Notes under the pieces: model-generated | What the model was told of the DNA's origin: nothing | The model's database searches: none | What the model saw: only the letters and a program-made list of their open reading frames with translations | Assembly: GCA_964384485.1 (NCBI GenBank) | Contig: CAYLLE010000002.1 | Coordinates: 5,825-69,824, forward strand | Source of the DNA: an uncultured Spirochaetales bacterium | Lineage (GTDB): Bacteria > Spirochaetota > Spirochaetia > CAYLLE01 | DNA: 64,000 nucleotides | Direction of reading: 5' to 3' | Part shown: piece after piece, positions 44,340 to 54,272 of the stretch | Layout of the letters: each line of letters begins with the position of its first letter | Position numbering within the stretch: position 1 is the first letter of the stretch | Position numbers and translations under genes: made by a program

Positions 44340-45758
44340 TTACATGTTGGTGAAGATCTGAAATCCGCTGTAGGATTCCACACCGTGTTCACCAATGTCT
44401 AACCCCTGCATCTCTTCCTTTTCAGATACCCGGAGTCCTGTTATCGCCTTGATCAGACTGAACATGATAAATGATGTCGCCATCACCCAGGCGAATACCG
44501 CGACAACTCCCAGCGCCTGCACGCCGAGCTGCTGTAAACCTCCTTTGTAGAAAAGTCCTACGATATCGGGATTATTAACTCCGTCGGCAAATAATCCGAC
44601 AGCCAGTGTACCCCAGACACCGCACACCCCGTGGACCGAAACGGCACCAACCGGATCGTCGATATGCAGCACTTTGTCAATAAATTCTACCGAAAGCACC
44701 ACCAGGACACCCGCGATAATACCGATGATCACCGATCCGAACGGGCTGACCACGAAACATCCCGCTGTTATGCCGACCAGGCCGGCCAGGGCTCCGTTTA
44801 AGGACATACTGGGATCGGGTTTTCCGAACCATATCCAGGATGTGAACATCGCTCCCACGGCACCTGCCGCTGCCGCCAAAGTTGTTGTCACCGCCACGTG
44901 GGCAATGCCCATATCGGTACCGGACAGCGTACTGCCCGCGTTGAAGCCGTACCAACCGAACCAGAGGATGAAAACACCGAGCGCCGCCAGCGGCATATTA
45001 TGCCCGGGTATAGCCTTTGTGCTGGTTTTCCCGTTTACCGTCACATACTTCCCTTTCCGGGGTCCTAAAAGCATCGCCCCCGCAAGAGCCGCCCATCCGC
45101 CGACAGAGTGTACAACGGTGGAACCCGCGAAGTCATGGAAACCCAAGGCACCGAGCCATCCTGAACCGCTCCAGATCCAATGACCGGATACCGGGTAGAT
45201 AAGACCGGAAATAAACACCGTGTAGATCAGATAGGACGTAAATTTTGTCCGTTCAGCCATGGCTCCGGAAACAATGGTTGCCGCGGTAGCCGCGAAAACG
45301 ACCTGAAACATCCAGTCCCGAAGAACCGTACTGTCGGCACCCACCAAAAAAAATTGACTCCCGCCGATTATTCCCGCGGCACTGGCTCCGTACATTACCG
45401 CCCAGCCCACAGCCCAGTAGATTACTGCCCCGGCAGAAAAATCCATCAGGTTTTTCATCAGGATATTCGCCGCGTTTTTTGCCCGAGTCAAACCGGTTTC
45501 CACCATGGCGAATCCGGCCTGCATCAGAAATACCAACGCGGCTGACAGTATCAGCCACAGCATGTCCATGGACAGAAACAGCCGTACCACAGCAGTCTTG
45601 TTCATTCCGGCGCCGGCCGGAGACTCCAAAAAAGCCCCCGGGGCTTCTTCATCGGAGAAGGTAAGATTTTCAGCTTCACTCATTACATCCTGCCCGGAAA
45701 GGGCCAGGCTGAACAAAGCGAGCAGTACCACCCCAAAGATCATCACCTTGCACTTCAT
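44340..45758 (-). CDS. amtB: ammonium transporter
   Basis: 472 aa. Signal peptide, about 11 TMs, conserved AGFAMVETG, FAGSTVVHSVGG and SVHGVCGVWGTLAVGLFA. Confidence 0.93.
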   Translation of the reverse strand: MKCKVMIFGVVLLALFSLALSGQDVMSEAENLTFSDEEAPGAFLESPAGAGMNKTAVVRLFLSMDMLWLILSAALVFLMQAGFAMVETGLTRAKNAANILMKNLMDFSAGAVIYWAVGWAVMYGASAAGIIGGSQFFLVGADSTVLRDWMFQVVFAATAATIVSGAMAERTKFTSYLIYTVFISGLIYPVSGHWIWSGSGWLGALGFHDFAGSTVVHSVGGWAALAGAMLLGPRKGKYVTVNGKTSTKAIPGHNMPLAALGVFILWFGWYGFNAGSTLSGTDMGIAHVAVTTTLAAAAGAVGAMFTSWIWFGKPDPSMSLNGALAGLVGITAGCFVVSPFGSVIIGIIAGVLVVLSVEFIDKVLHIDDPVGAVSVHGVCGVWGTLAVGLFADGVNNPDIVGLFYKGGLQQLGVQALGVVAVFAWVMATSFIMFSLIKAITGLRVSEKEEMQGLDIGEHGVESYSGFQIFTNM

Positions 45759-45797
45759 TCAATCCTCCTAAAGACAAATAGGTTTATTTTGCCTACC

Positions 45798-45818
45798 TAA
45801 TACCGAAACTGTGCCAAA
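45798..45818 (-). promoter_or_regulatory. candidate sigma54 (-24/-12) promoter for amtB-glnK
   Basis: The minus strand reads TTGGCACAGTTTCGGTATT (TGGCAC = 45816-45811). The -24 element is a perfect match. The -12 element is weak (CGGT where TTGC is expected). It is about 40 nt upstream of an AGGAGG-ATG, and a sigma54 activator gene lies immediately upstream. Confidence 0.4.
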
Positions 45819-46029
45819 TTAACGGGGTATGATGAAAAAAGTTTTTTGAGGTGTAGAATGCAGTGATAAATCCTTAACGTCTTTTTGTGCTGATAGCTGT
45901 GTATCGACATTGTAAGGTGTTTCTATGTATAGAATTACAGAGCCGGCGTAATCGGTTGAGCCTTTCCGGGGAATTGACTGCCGTATCGGGGAAAAAAAAT
46001 AATTTTTGAATTATCGTCCCAATAAACAG

Positions 46030-46105
46030 GCTACATCTATGTAGCAGGAAATAATGTAACCTACATATATGTAGGTAGTGTCTCAACAACCTACCAAAAT
46101 GTAGC
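46030..46105. promoter_or_regulatory. three phased palindromes (CTAC-N6-GTAG), candidate enhancer (UAS) sites for the adjacent sigma54 activator
   Basis: GCTACATCTATGTAGC at 46030-46045, CCTACATATATGTAGG at 46060-46075, CCTACCAAAATGTAGC at 46090-46105. Centre-to-centre spacing is exactly 30 bp. They lie 210-290 bp upstream of the TGGCAC element. Confidence 0.55.
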
Positions 46106-46204
46106 CCTTGATGGTCCCGTTTTCCCTGCGTCTTTATGGATGCAGATGCAGTATCCGAGGTGATGCTGATAACCGCCGTATTCATTAAATTCTCCCTTCC
46201 GGAA

Positions 46205-47752
46205 TTACCGGAAGGTGCCGGGCTCTATGGAGTGCTTCTTGATTCTGAGCCCCATTATCCGTTCCGTGATTCCCAGGAGACGGGCGGCTTTGGCCATGTT
46301 TCCCTTTGTCGATTTGAGAGAATCCAGAATCAGGCTCCTCTCCAGGTTTTCCAGAGTCTCCGACAGGGTCCCGTGAAGCTGGGTATCCGTCGATTCAGCG
46401 GATTGGAGGCTGGGCGGAAGGTGATGGGAATGGATCACGTCATCCACACTCAAAAGGATTGCCCGTTCGATACAGTTCTCCAGTTCCCGCACATTGCCCG
46501 GCCAATGATAATTCATGAGCAGATCGATCGCGGGCGTAGAAATCCTTTTTACCGTACGGCTGTTCTGTCTGTTGTACTTTTCAATAAAATGATCAGCCAG
46601 CAGAAGGATGTCGCTTTTTCGGTCACGGAGCGGAGGAATATGGATCGGAAAAACATTGAGCCGGTAGTATAGGTCTTCACGGAAAAGGTTTTTCCCCATC
46701 AGCTCTTCCAGGTTGCGGTTGGTTGCGGTGATAATCCGGACATTGCTTCGAATCGTCCGGTTTCCGCCGACCCGTTCGAACTCCTTCTCCTGAAGCACCC
46801 TGAGCAGTTTTATCTGGGTCGCCGCGGATAAATCACCGATTTCATCCAGAAAGACGGTACCCCCGTTTGCCAGTTCGAACCGCCCTTTCCGTTCCGCAAC
46901 GGCGCCGGTAAAGGCTCCCCGTTCGTGTCCGAACAGTTCGCTTTCGATAACCGTCTCCGGCAGGGCGGCGCAGTTCACCTTGATGATCGGCTTATCCGCT
47001 CTTCCACTGTTGTAATGGATGGCATGGGCAACGAGTTCCTTTCCGGTGCCGCTCTCTCCCCGGATTAAAACGGTGGTTTCGCTCCGTGAAACCTGGGCGA
47101 TCATATCGAACACATTCTGCATGGTTGCGGAGTTTCCAATGATATTGGAAGGTCTGAATCTGTCTTGAAGCTGGGCCTGGAGCCGGGTATTTTCCTCCAT
47201 CAGCCGTTTCCGTTCCTCCATGACGTTTTGTCTGATTTTTACCGCCTGAGCAATCATGGAGGCAATGATGGAAAGGAGGCGCATGACCTGGTCAAGGTTC
47301 ACGGCAGAAGAAAGGGCGTCAACACTGAGGGCGCCGATTGTATTATTTCCCATTTTGATGGGGACGCAGACGAAGGAAATATCCTTTTTCCGCTGACCTT
47401 TTCTGGCTCCAGTGCGGTTGAGAAATTCCGGCGCGTCTGAAATCCTGGGGATTACCATGGCTTGTCCGCTCTGGACAACCTTTCCGGTAATCCCTTCCCC
47501 GAGACGGTATTTTCCTTTTTCCTTTTGACTCACGGATAGACCGAAGGCGGCTTCGATAAAAATTTCGTCTGTCTGACGGTTAAGCAGGGTGATGGTAGAG
47601 CGCTGAAGACCGAAATGTTCAGCGATTGCTTTTAGGACAGGATGAACAACCTGTTTTAAATCCATGCTCTGATCAAGGATTTGGCTGATTTCAAAGAGAA
47701 GCGAAAGCTCTCCGACGTCCTTGCCGTTGTAGGTGTTGGGTTGGGAACTCAT
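46205..47752 (-). CDS. sigma54-dependent transcriptional activator, GAF-AAA+-HTH (NifA-type architecture)
   Basis: 515 aa. N-terminal GAF-like domain. AAA+ core with Walker A GESGTGKE and the sigma54-contact loop [15 protein letters not shown], plus [11 protein letters not shown]-terminal Fis-type [26 protein letters not shown]. Confidence 0.9.
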   Translation of the reverse strand: MSSQPNTYNGKDVGELSLLFEISQILDQSMDLKQVVHPVLKAIAEHFGLQRSTITLLNRQTDEIFIEAAFGLSVSQKEKGKYRLGEGITGKVVQSGQAMVIPRISDAPEFLNRTGARKGQRKKDISFVCVPIKMGNNTIGALSVDALSSAVNLDQVMRLLSIIASMIAQAVKIRQNVMEERKRLMEENTRLQAQLQDRFRPSNIIGNSATMQNVFDMIAQVSRSETTVLIRGESGTGKELVAHAIHYNSGRADKPIIKVNCAALPETVIESELFGHERGAFTGAVAERKGRFELANGGTVFLDEIGDLSAATQIKLLRVLQEKEFERVGGNRTIRSNVRIITATNRNLEELMGKNLFREDLYYRLNVFPIHIPPLRDRKSDILLLADHFIEKYNRQNSRTVKRISTPAIDLLMNYHWPGNVRELENCIERAILLSVDDVIHSHHLPPSLQSAESTDTQLHGTLSETLENLERSLILDSLKSTKGNMAKAARLLGITERIMGLRIKKHSIEPGTFR

Positions 47753-47761
47753 TATCTTTAT

Positions 47762-47777
47762 CCTACGATATTGTAGG
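47762..47777. promoter_or_regulatory. fourth CTAC-N6-GTAG palindrome, just upstream of the activator's own start codon
   Basis: CCTACGATATTGTAGG at 47762-47777, 10 nt upstream of ATG 47752 (minus strand). It overlaps TTGTAA-N17-TAGGAT promoter-like hexamers on the minus strand. Confidence 0.45.
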
Positions 47778-47807
47778 ATAACTTACAACCGGACATGAAC
47801 GGAAGCA

Positions 47808-47869
47808 GCAATTTCCGGTGATCACATTCGCATTAAAATTTATAAATTGTTTTATTAAAAGCAATTACA
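47808..47869 (+). repeat. copy B of the dispersed AT-rich repeat (62-bp core only)
   Basis: gcaatttccggtgatcacattcgcattaaaatttataaattgttttattaaaagcaattaca. It matches copy C at 60/62 and copy A at 57/62. The pyk stop codon (TAA, 47867-47865) lies inside the repeat. Similarity ends at 47869, where pyk coding sequence begins. Confidence 0.85.
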
Positions 47870-49634
47870 ACTCTACATACCCCTCGTAGATAATTTTTTC
47901 CTGCCCGTCCAGACTCACAAGAAGGTTTTCTTCAAGGGCATCGTAGGCTCCCGACGCTTCGGCGAGTACGACAATATCCGCATTAAGCTTCTGAATGTCG
48001 TCATCAGACATTTCCGAGCTTCCCTCGATGATGATGCCGGCGAGCTGCGGGATTACGGGACGGTAATTCCGTTTCAGCGTTTTTACCAGAAGCACAGGAT
48101 CCTGGTATGCCCCTATTTCCCGCTGAACCTCTTCTACTGACTCCGCTTTAAGAATTCTACCGGAAATTCTGTTCCCGAATGCCGTGTGTCCTCTGCTCAA
48201 AATGTTTCCTAAAAAATGGACCTTGATGGTGTTCAGCATGATAGGGGAGTTGACCGGAATTCCCGCCGCGGTTACCACCCGGTCCAGTTTTCTGATGTAT
48301 CCGCCGTTGAAAGCCGCCTTCAGGGCATTGTGAATCATATCATCGGAGTCCTGCACCTGGTCAGCCTCCAGGGGAAAGATTCCCCAGTTAAGGAGGAGCT
48401 GACGGCGCACCACCGGCGACGGACTTACCGCCAAAATTATCTGTTCCGGCCGGAAGGAGCTGATTATACTCGGGCTGTTCCCGCGGATACTCGGCGTGAT
48501 GATTGCCCGGGCACCGACTTCGGTTGCCACCAGGTAGGCCGCTTTCGCCACGGCCAGACCGATATCGTCTGAGTCACCGTGGAAGGTAAAGAAACTCTCC
48601 ATCTTTTTAATGTATTCATCGGAATTCTCCACGGTACGGGCGATTTTATCCATCATTTCCACCGCCTGGTACGGAAATTTCCCCGTAGCGGTCTCACCGG
48701 AAAGCATTACCGCGTCTGTGCCGTCGAAAATCGCGTTGGCCACATCGGTTAATTCCGCCCTGGTAGGTTTCGGATTCTCGATCATGGAGTCCAGCATTTG
48801 AGTCGCGGTTATCACCGGTTTTCTTGACCGGTTGCAGCTTTTAATAATCATCTTCTGGGCCAGAGGAATTTTTTCGGTATCGAGCTGCACGCCCAAATCC
48901 CCGCGGGCCACCATGATTCCGTCGGCGGTGCGGATTATTTCATCAACATTATCTATACCTTCCTGATTTTCTATCTTGGCGATTACCTTTACTTTGCTTC
49001 CCAGCTCTTCCGCGATAGTTTTAATCTCGATAACGTCATCAGCCCGTCGGATAAAAGAAGCTGATATAAAATCCACCCCCTGTTCAATTCCGAACTGAAT
49101 ATCTTTCCGGTCTTTTTCCGTGACCGTGGGAAGATCCACGTGAATTCCAGGAACATTAACGTTCTTTCTGCTGCCGATGGAGCCTCCGTTGGTGATTTTG
49201 CACTGGATATCGTCTCCGGATACCGACTCCACCTCCAGGTTGATTATTCCATCGGCAATAAAAATATGACTCCCCTTGGAGACCTGTTCCGGCAGCTTTC
49301 TGTACGATACGGAGAGTTCCTTCTCCGTTCCTTCCACTTCCCGGATAGTAAGGGTGATCATTTTCCCCTGTTCAAGATTTATCTTTCCGCCGCCTTTAAC
49401 CATTCCGGTCCTGATCTCAGGACCTTTCGTGTCAAGCATGATTGCCGCGGGAATCCCGGTTTCCTCCGATGCTTTCCGGAGATTTGCCATGAGATTTCCA
49501 TGATACTCGTGGGTACCATGAGAGAAGTTAAAACGTGCTATATTCAATCCGGCCTTAAGGAGCTTAGTTATAGCTTCTTTAGACTCGGTGGCAGGTCCTA
49601 GCGTGGCAACAATTTTTGTTTTCCGCAGATTCAT
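47865..49634 (-). CDS. pyk: pyruvate kinase with an extra C-terminal PEP-utiliser-like (mobile) domain
   Basis: I prefer ATG 49634 (GGAGG 9 nt upstream). RKTKIVATLGPATES, MVARGDLGV. About 110 extra C-terminal aa are colinear with the Geobacillus-type PK extra domain, but read GIIIEGSSEMSDDD where TSH(A) is expected. Confidence 0.92.
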   Translation of the reverse strand: MNLRKTKIVATLGPATESKEAITKLLKAGLNIARFNFSHGTHEYHGNLMANLRKASEETGIPAAIMLDTKGPEIRTGMVKGGGKINLEQGKMITLTIREVEGTEKELSVSYRKLPEQVSKGSHIFIADGIINLEVESVSGDDIQCKITNGGSIGSRKNVNVPGIHVDLPTVTEKDRKDIQFGIEQGVDFISASFIRRADDVIEIKTIAEELGSKVKVIAKIENQEGIDNVDEIIRTADGIMVARGDLGVQLDTEKIPLAQKMIIKSCNRSRKPVITATQMLDSMIENPKPTRAELTDVANAIFDGTDAVMLSGETATGKFPYQAVEMMDKIARTVENSDEYIKKMESFFTFHGDSDDIGLAVAKAAYLVATEVGARAIITPSIRGNSPSIISSFRPEQIILAVSPSPVVRRQLLLNWGIFPLEADQVQDSDDMIHNALKAAFNGGYIRKLDRVVTAAGIPVNSPIMLNTIKVHFLGNILSRGHTAFGNRISGRILKAESVEEVQREIGAYQDPVLLVKTLKRNYRPVIPQLAGIIIEGSSEMSDDDIQKLNADIVVLAEASGAYDALEENLLVSLDGQEKIIYEGYVEL

Positions 49635-49708
49635 ACTCCTCATCCTCCAATACTAATATAGTGATAAGCGGGACCGATATACAAAGGAATCTGCCTCGGA
49701 AACCGCGG

Positions 49709-50374
49709 TTAGGTTTTCCGGTACAAATAGATGCAGTAGACACCGGTGAGTACTAATACGAATGGTGAAATGAAACTCCACGGGCTTCCCGCCAGTATAA
49801 GAAAATTGTGGACGGCATGAATCGCGGTGGCGGCGCCTATGCCCCGAAGTGTTACCGGTTTTCCCTTGCAGGCTGACAGGGAAGCGAAATAGGCGATAAT
49901 AAGGGCTGTTCCCGCGTGGAGCGGGACCGAAGTAATAGCTCGCAGAAAGGTGAGACCGGATTGTAAATAGGCATACAACCCGTTTTCAAGTACGGCAAAT
50001 CCGAGTCCAGCACCCAAACCGTAGAGTACTCCTTCCCTTGTAGTAGAAAAAATTGGAGAAGGAAAAACCGAAAGCCTGAAGGCGAGGTATTTAAATAATT
50101 CTTCTATCAATGCTGAAACAATGAAAGCCCTGATCAGTATATCCGGGATTGAGTTGCCGGGAACTAAAATGGCAAGCAGAATGAACTCAGCCAATCCGGC
50201 CGGAATAACCGCGGCAAAACCTGAAACCGCGGTCCGGACAGCAATTTTCTGCCGGTCATGGTTCTCCCGAAACCCGCGGTAAACCAGGAAAAGTCCGAGA
50301 AAAGCTGTGGTGCTGGAAAAAAGAAAGGATAGTACAGCCCTCATAAAGTTTCTATATTGAATCCTCCAAAGCAT
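49709..50374 (-). CDS. PrsW-family intramembrane metalloprotease
   Basis: 221 aa, polytopic. ALIEELFKYLAF (EExxK) and AIHAVHNF (HxxxN). An alternative ATG at 50344 would remove the overlap with hisC. Confidence 0.72.
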   Translation of the reverse strand: MLWRIQYRNFMRAVLSFLFSSTTAFLGLFLVYRGFRENHDRQKIAVRTAVSGFAAVIPAGLAEFILLAILVPGNSIPDILIRAFIVSALIEELFKYLAFRLSVFPSPIFSTTREGVLYGLGAGLGFAVLENGLYAYLQSGLTFLRAITSVPLHAGTALIIAYFASLSACKGKPVTLRGIGAATAIHAVHNFLILAGSPWSFISPFVLVLTGVYCIYLYRKT

Positions 50375-51410
50375 TTATGAATAATCGGTTCTGTTCAGGA
50401 GTACCGACAGTCAATCTGACCCATTCCGGCATGCCGAACGAATCTAAGGGCCTTACATTAATGCCCCGCTCTTCCATTGCGCCTGCCAAATATCCCGCCC
50501 CCTGGTCGGCTCGGAAGCAGATAAAGTTACTCTGACTCCGGTAAAACCGAATTTTCAGGGATTCAAAGAAGTCGTAAAGGATTTCTTTCTGTTCCCTGTT
50601 GTTCTGAATGGTTTTCTCCCGGAACTCCCGGTCGTACAGGGCCGCCAGAGCGCCGGTTTCAGCCAGGATATTTATATTAAAAGGCTGTTTTGTCCGGGAG
50701 ACAGCGTCGATAATTTTTTCTGATGATGAAATTCCGTATCCGATCCTGAGGCCGGCTAAACCGTACAGCTTGGAAAAGGTCCGGGTCACCAGAACATTCC
50801 GATGCCGGAGCAGGTCGGGAACAGCGGGGAAATCGGGAGCGTCAGCGAAATCGGCGTACGCCTCATCGATAATTACCAGGATATTCGGGGGAATAGAAGC
50901 GATAAACCGGTCAAACTCGTATTGATTTACGTATGTTCCGGTAGGATTATTAGGATTGCAGATAAAAATCATTCGGGTTTTTTCATCAACAGAATCGGAT
51001 AAGCCTGTGAGATCGAATCGCCCGTCCCTTAACGGTACTGTCTCCATCGCTCCGCCCATCAATGTGACCGCGAAATTGTACTGACTGAAAGTATTTTCTC
51101 CGGTAAGGGCCTTTTCTCCGGGTTCCAAAAATGCTGCCGCGGTCATCACGAAAATCTCGTCTGATCCGTTTCCCGCAATGATATTCGACGGTTTAATATC
51201 GTGAACCGCGGCCAGCTTTTCTTTTAGCCGGAGGGAATTCTTGTCCGGGTACACGGAAAGACTTGAAAGGCCTGCTTTAATCGCTTCTACCGCCTTTGGG
51301 CTGGGTCCGAAAGGATTTTCATTCGACGAAAGCTTGATGCATCCGGACTTCTTCTTGCCCGCGTGATAGGGAGGTATGTTCATTACCGCTTTCCGTATTT
51401 GTATCTCCAT
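50352..51410 (-). CDS. hisC: histidinol-phosphate aminotransferase
   Basis: 352 aa. KLSSNENPFGPSP, CNPNNPTG, TFSKLYGLAGLRIGY (PLP-lysine). Confidence 0.9.
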   Translation of the reverse strand: MEIQIRKAVMNIPPYHAGKKKSGCIKLSSNENPFGPSPKAVEAIKAGLSSLSVYPDKNSLRLKEKLAAVHDIKPSNIIAGNGSDEIFVMTAAAFLEPGEKALTGENTFSQYNFAVTLMGGAMETVPLRDGRFDLTGLSDSVDEKTRMIFICNPNNPTGTYVNQYEFDRFIASIPPNILVIIDEAYADFADAPDFPAVPDLLRHRNVLVTRTFSKLYGLAGLRIGYGISSSEKIIDAVSRTKQPFNINILAETGALAALYDREFREKTIQNNREQKEILYDFFESLKIRFYRSQSNFICFRADQGAGYLAGAMEERGINVRPLDSFGMPEWVRLTVGTPEQNRLFINALEDSI

Positions 51411-51675
51411 GTTTTTCCTCTGCTGCTTTATAATATAACTATACCATGTTAGATTTTTATTGACTTCCCCTATATTCCGTTTTTATTTTAATTATAGTAA
51501 AAACACTGTAATGACACGGAACGTGGACATAAATCCCGGGTATTTGTAAGTATGATAAATAATTGCTCGAATCTCTTAAGAAAATTATTGTTTACCCTGG
51601 ATTATTCTTTTACTTTAAAGAAATTAACTGTGTATTGTGTCCATGATTCGAATCACTCTAAACGAGGAACAACAT

Positions 51676-54270
51676 ATGAATTATGATAAATTAACCGTAA
51701 AAGCCCAGGAGGCCATCCAGGAAGCAACCTCCCTGGTGCACAGATATGATCATTCAAACCTGGAAAAAGAACACCTCCTCCTCGCCCTGATTCAGCAGGA
51801 AGGGGGAATAATTGCCCCCCTTTTAGACCGTATCGGCGTCCCCCGGGATCAGCTCGAGAAGGACGTAGAGGAAGCGCTTAAAAACAAACCCAAAGTATAC
51901 GGCGAAAACGCTCAGATGCAGCTTTCACCGGCTGTTTCCCGGCTCCTCGGCAAGGCGGAAGGAGAAGCGGCAGCCCTGAAGGACGAGTATGTAAGTACGG
52001 AGCATCTCTTTTTGGCCCTTGTTTCGGACAAAGGTCCGGTTTCGGATATGCTCGGAGCCTTCGGTATTAACCGGAATGATGTCTTAAAAGCGATGCAGGA
52101 TGTCCGGGGAAATCAGCGGGTAACCGATCAGAATCCGGAAAACAAGTACCAGTCATTGGAGCGGTTTTGCCGTGATCTCACCGCGCTGGCCCGGCAGGAG
52201 AAGCTGGATCCGGTGATCGGCAGGGATGAGGAAATCCGCCGGGTAATGCAGGTGCTTTCCCGGAGGACAAAAAACAATCCGGTGCTGATCGGGGAACCGG
52301 GAGTCGGGAAGACCGCCATCGTAGAGGGTCTTGCCCGGCGAATTGTCTCCGGAGACGTTCCCGATTCATTAAAAAATAAACGGGTTCTTGCTCTTGATCT
52401 TGGAGCCCTCGTCGCGGGAACGAAATTCCGGGGCGAGTTTGAAGAACGGCTTAAAGCGGTGATCCACGAAATTACCGAATCTGAAGGGCGGATTGTGCTC
52501 TTTATCGATGAGCTTCACACGTTAGTGGGTGCCGGAGCCGCGGAAGGCTCAGTGGATGCTTCCAATCTGCTCAAGCCGGCATTAGCCCGGGGCGAGCTCA
52601 GAGCGATCGGAGCGACAACCCTGGATGAATACCGCAAGCACATCGAGAAGGATCCTGCCTTTGAACGGCGGTTTCAGACCGTGTTTACCGGAGAGCCTTC
52701 TGTTGAAAGTTCCGTGGCCATCTTACGGGGGCTAAAAGAACGGTATGAGGTACACCACGGTGTAAGAATTGCCGACGAGGCGTTGATTGCCGCGGCCATG
52801 CTCTCGGACCGCTACATCACCAGCCGGTTTCTCCCGGACAAGGCCATCGATCTTGTGGACGAGGCTGCAAGCAGGCTTAAGATGGAAATCGAGAGCCAGC
52901 CGATTGAACTGGATCAGCTTGAACGGCGGATACTTCAGCTCAATATTGAAAAACAGGCCCTGTCCAATGAAAAGGACGATGCTTCCAGGGAACGGCTCGG
53001 GAAAATCGAATCCGAACTCTCGGAACTTGAAGAAAAACGGGGTGCCATGCGGATGCAGTGGCAGAACGAGAAACAGATTATCGACCGGATCCGTGACCTT
53101 AAGCAGAATATTGAGAACCTTAATACCGATGAGATCAGATATGAGCGGGAAGGAAACCTGCACAAGGCGGCTGAAATAAAGCACGGCCGGATTCCCGTCG
53201 CGGAGGCCGAACTCAAGGAAGAATCGGAAAAACTGAAACAGCTGCAGGGGGAACGGCAGCTTCTCCGGGAAGAGGTGAGTGAGGAAGACATCGCCCAGGT
53301 CGTTTCCACCTGGACAGGTATTCCGGTTTCGAAGATGCTCGCCTCGGAGATGCAGAAGCTCCTGGAACTTGAGAAGATACTCTCCCGCAGGGTTGTCGGG
53401 CAGGAACCTGCCATAACCGCAGTTTCCGACGCCATCAGACGGAACAAGAGTGGAATCTCCGACATCAATAAACCCTTCGGTACGTTTCTGTTCCTGGGGC
53501 CGACCGGGGTAGGAAAGACCGAGTTGGCAAAAACACTGGCGGATTTCCTGTTCAACGATGAGCGGGCCCTTACCCGGATAGATATGAGCGAATACATGGA
53601 GAAGCATTCCGTCTCCAGGCTTATCGGTGCTCCTCCGGGATATGTGGGATATGATCAGGGCGGTCAGCTTACCGAGGTGGTCAGGAGGCGTCCCTATTCG
53701 GTGATCCTGTTTGACGAAATCGAAAAAGCCCATCCCGATGTGTTCAACGTGCTGCTCCAGCTTTTGGATGAAGGAAGACTCACCGACGGGCAGGGGAGGA
53801 ATGTTGATTTCCGGAACGCCATCATCATCCTGACCAGCAATCTGGGGAGCGATATTATTCTTCAGGCCGAAGACCTGGATAAAATCCGGCCGCAGATCGA
53901 CGGTCTCCTTAAGGCGACCTTCAAACCGGAGTTCCTCAACCGGCTTGACGAAACGATCCTGTTCAAGCGTCTTGGCGAAGACCAGATCCTGAAAATCGTG
54001 GACCTGGAGCTCCGTCAGCTGGAGGTTCGTCTGGCGGAACGGAAAATAGTGCTGGATACCGATACTGCAGCCAAAGAACTGCTGGCTCGGGAGGGCTTCG
54101 ATCCGGCGTACGGTGCCCGGCCGCTGAAGCGGACTATCCAGCGGCTGGTTCAGAACCCTCTCGCAAAAAAGCTCCTCGCCGGAGAATACAAAGAGGGAGA
54201 CACCATCCGTATTACCGCGGGTAAAGAGGGGCTCAGATTTCAGAAGACCAGTGAGGCCGCGGCGGTTTAA
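51676..54270 (+). CDS. clpB: ATP-dependent chaperone ClpB
   Basis: I prefer ATG 51676 ([17 protein letters not shown]; GAGGAA upstream). Two AAA+ modules ([15 protein letters not shown]; [15 protein letters not shown]) are separated by the long coiled-coil M-domain. Confidence 0.95.
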   Translation: MNYDKLTVKAQEAIQEATSLVHRYDHSNLEKEHLLLALIQQEGGIIAPLLDRIGVPRDQLEKDVEEALKNKPKVYGENAQMQLSPAVSRLLGKAEGEAAALKDEYVSTEHLFLALVSDKGPVSDMLGAFGINRNDVLKAMQDVRGNQRVTDQNPENKYQSLERFCRDLTALARQEKLDPVIGRDEEIRRVMQVLSRRTKNNPVLIGEPGVGKTAIVEGLARRIVSGDVPDSLKNKRVLALDLGALVAGTKFRGEFEERLKAVIHEITESEGRIVLFIDELHTLVGAGAAEGSVDASNLLKPALARGELRAIGATTLDEYRKHIEKDPAFERRFQTVFTGEPSVESSVAILRGLKERYEVHHGVRIADEALIAAAMLSDRYITSRFLPDKAIDLVDEAASRLKMEIESQPIELDQLERRILQLNIEKQALSNEKDDASRERLGKIESELSELEEKRGAMRMQWQNEKQIIDRIRDLKQNIENLNTDEIRYEREGNLHKAAEIKHGRIPVAEAELKEESEKLKQLQGERQLLREEVSEEDIAQVVSTWTGIPVSKMLASEMQKLLELEKILSRRVVGQEPAITAVSDAIRRNKSGISDINKPFGTFLFLGPTGVGKTELAKTLADFLFNDERALTRIDMSEYMEKHSVSRLIGAPPGYVGYDQGGQLTEVVRRRPYSVILFDEIEKAHPDVFNVLLQLLDEGRLTDGQGRNVDFRNAIIILTSNLGSDIILQAEDLDKIRPQIDGLLKATFKPEFLNRLDETILFKRLGEDQILKIVDLELRQLEVRLAERKIVLDTDTAAKELLAREGFDPAYGARPLKRTIQRLVQNPLAKKLLAGEYKEGDTIRITAGKEGLRFQKTSEAAAV

Positions 54271-54272
54271 CT

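Noticed and set aside
45874-46185. 103-aa minus-strand ORF in the gap between the activator gene and amtB.
   Set aside because: It runs through the palindrome array and AT-rich DNA and has an odd composition and no SD. The region is better explained as regulatory.
51411-51675. 265-bp AT-rich region upstream of clpB, searched for a CIRCE element (TTAGCACTC-N9-GAGTGCTAA) or another heat-shock operator.
   Set aside because: No CIRCE-like inverted repeat is present. Only a generic TTGCTC-N17-TATTGT promoter-like pair (51563-51591) was seen, which is too weak to report as a feature.
52732-53733. 333-aa and 220-aa minus-strand ORFs inside clpB, and the 194-aa ORF 35134-35718 antisense to the oxidoreductase alpha subunit.
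   Set aside because: All are antisense to very strongly supported genes and have no independent coding signal.
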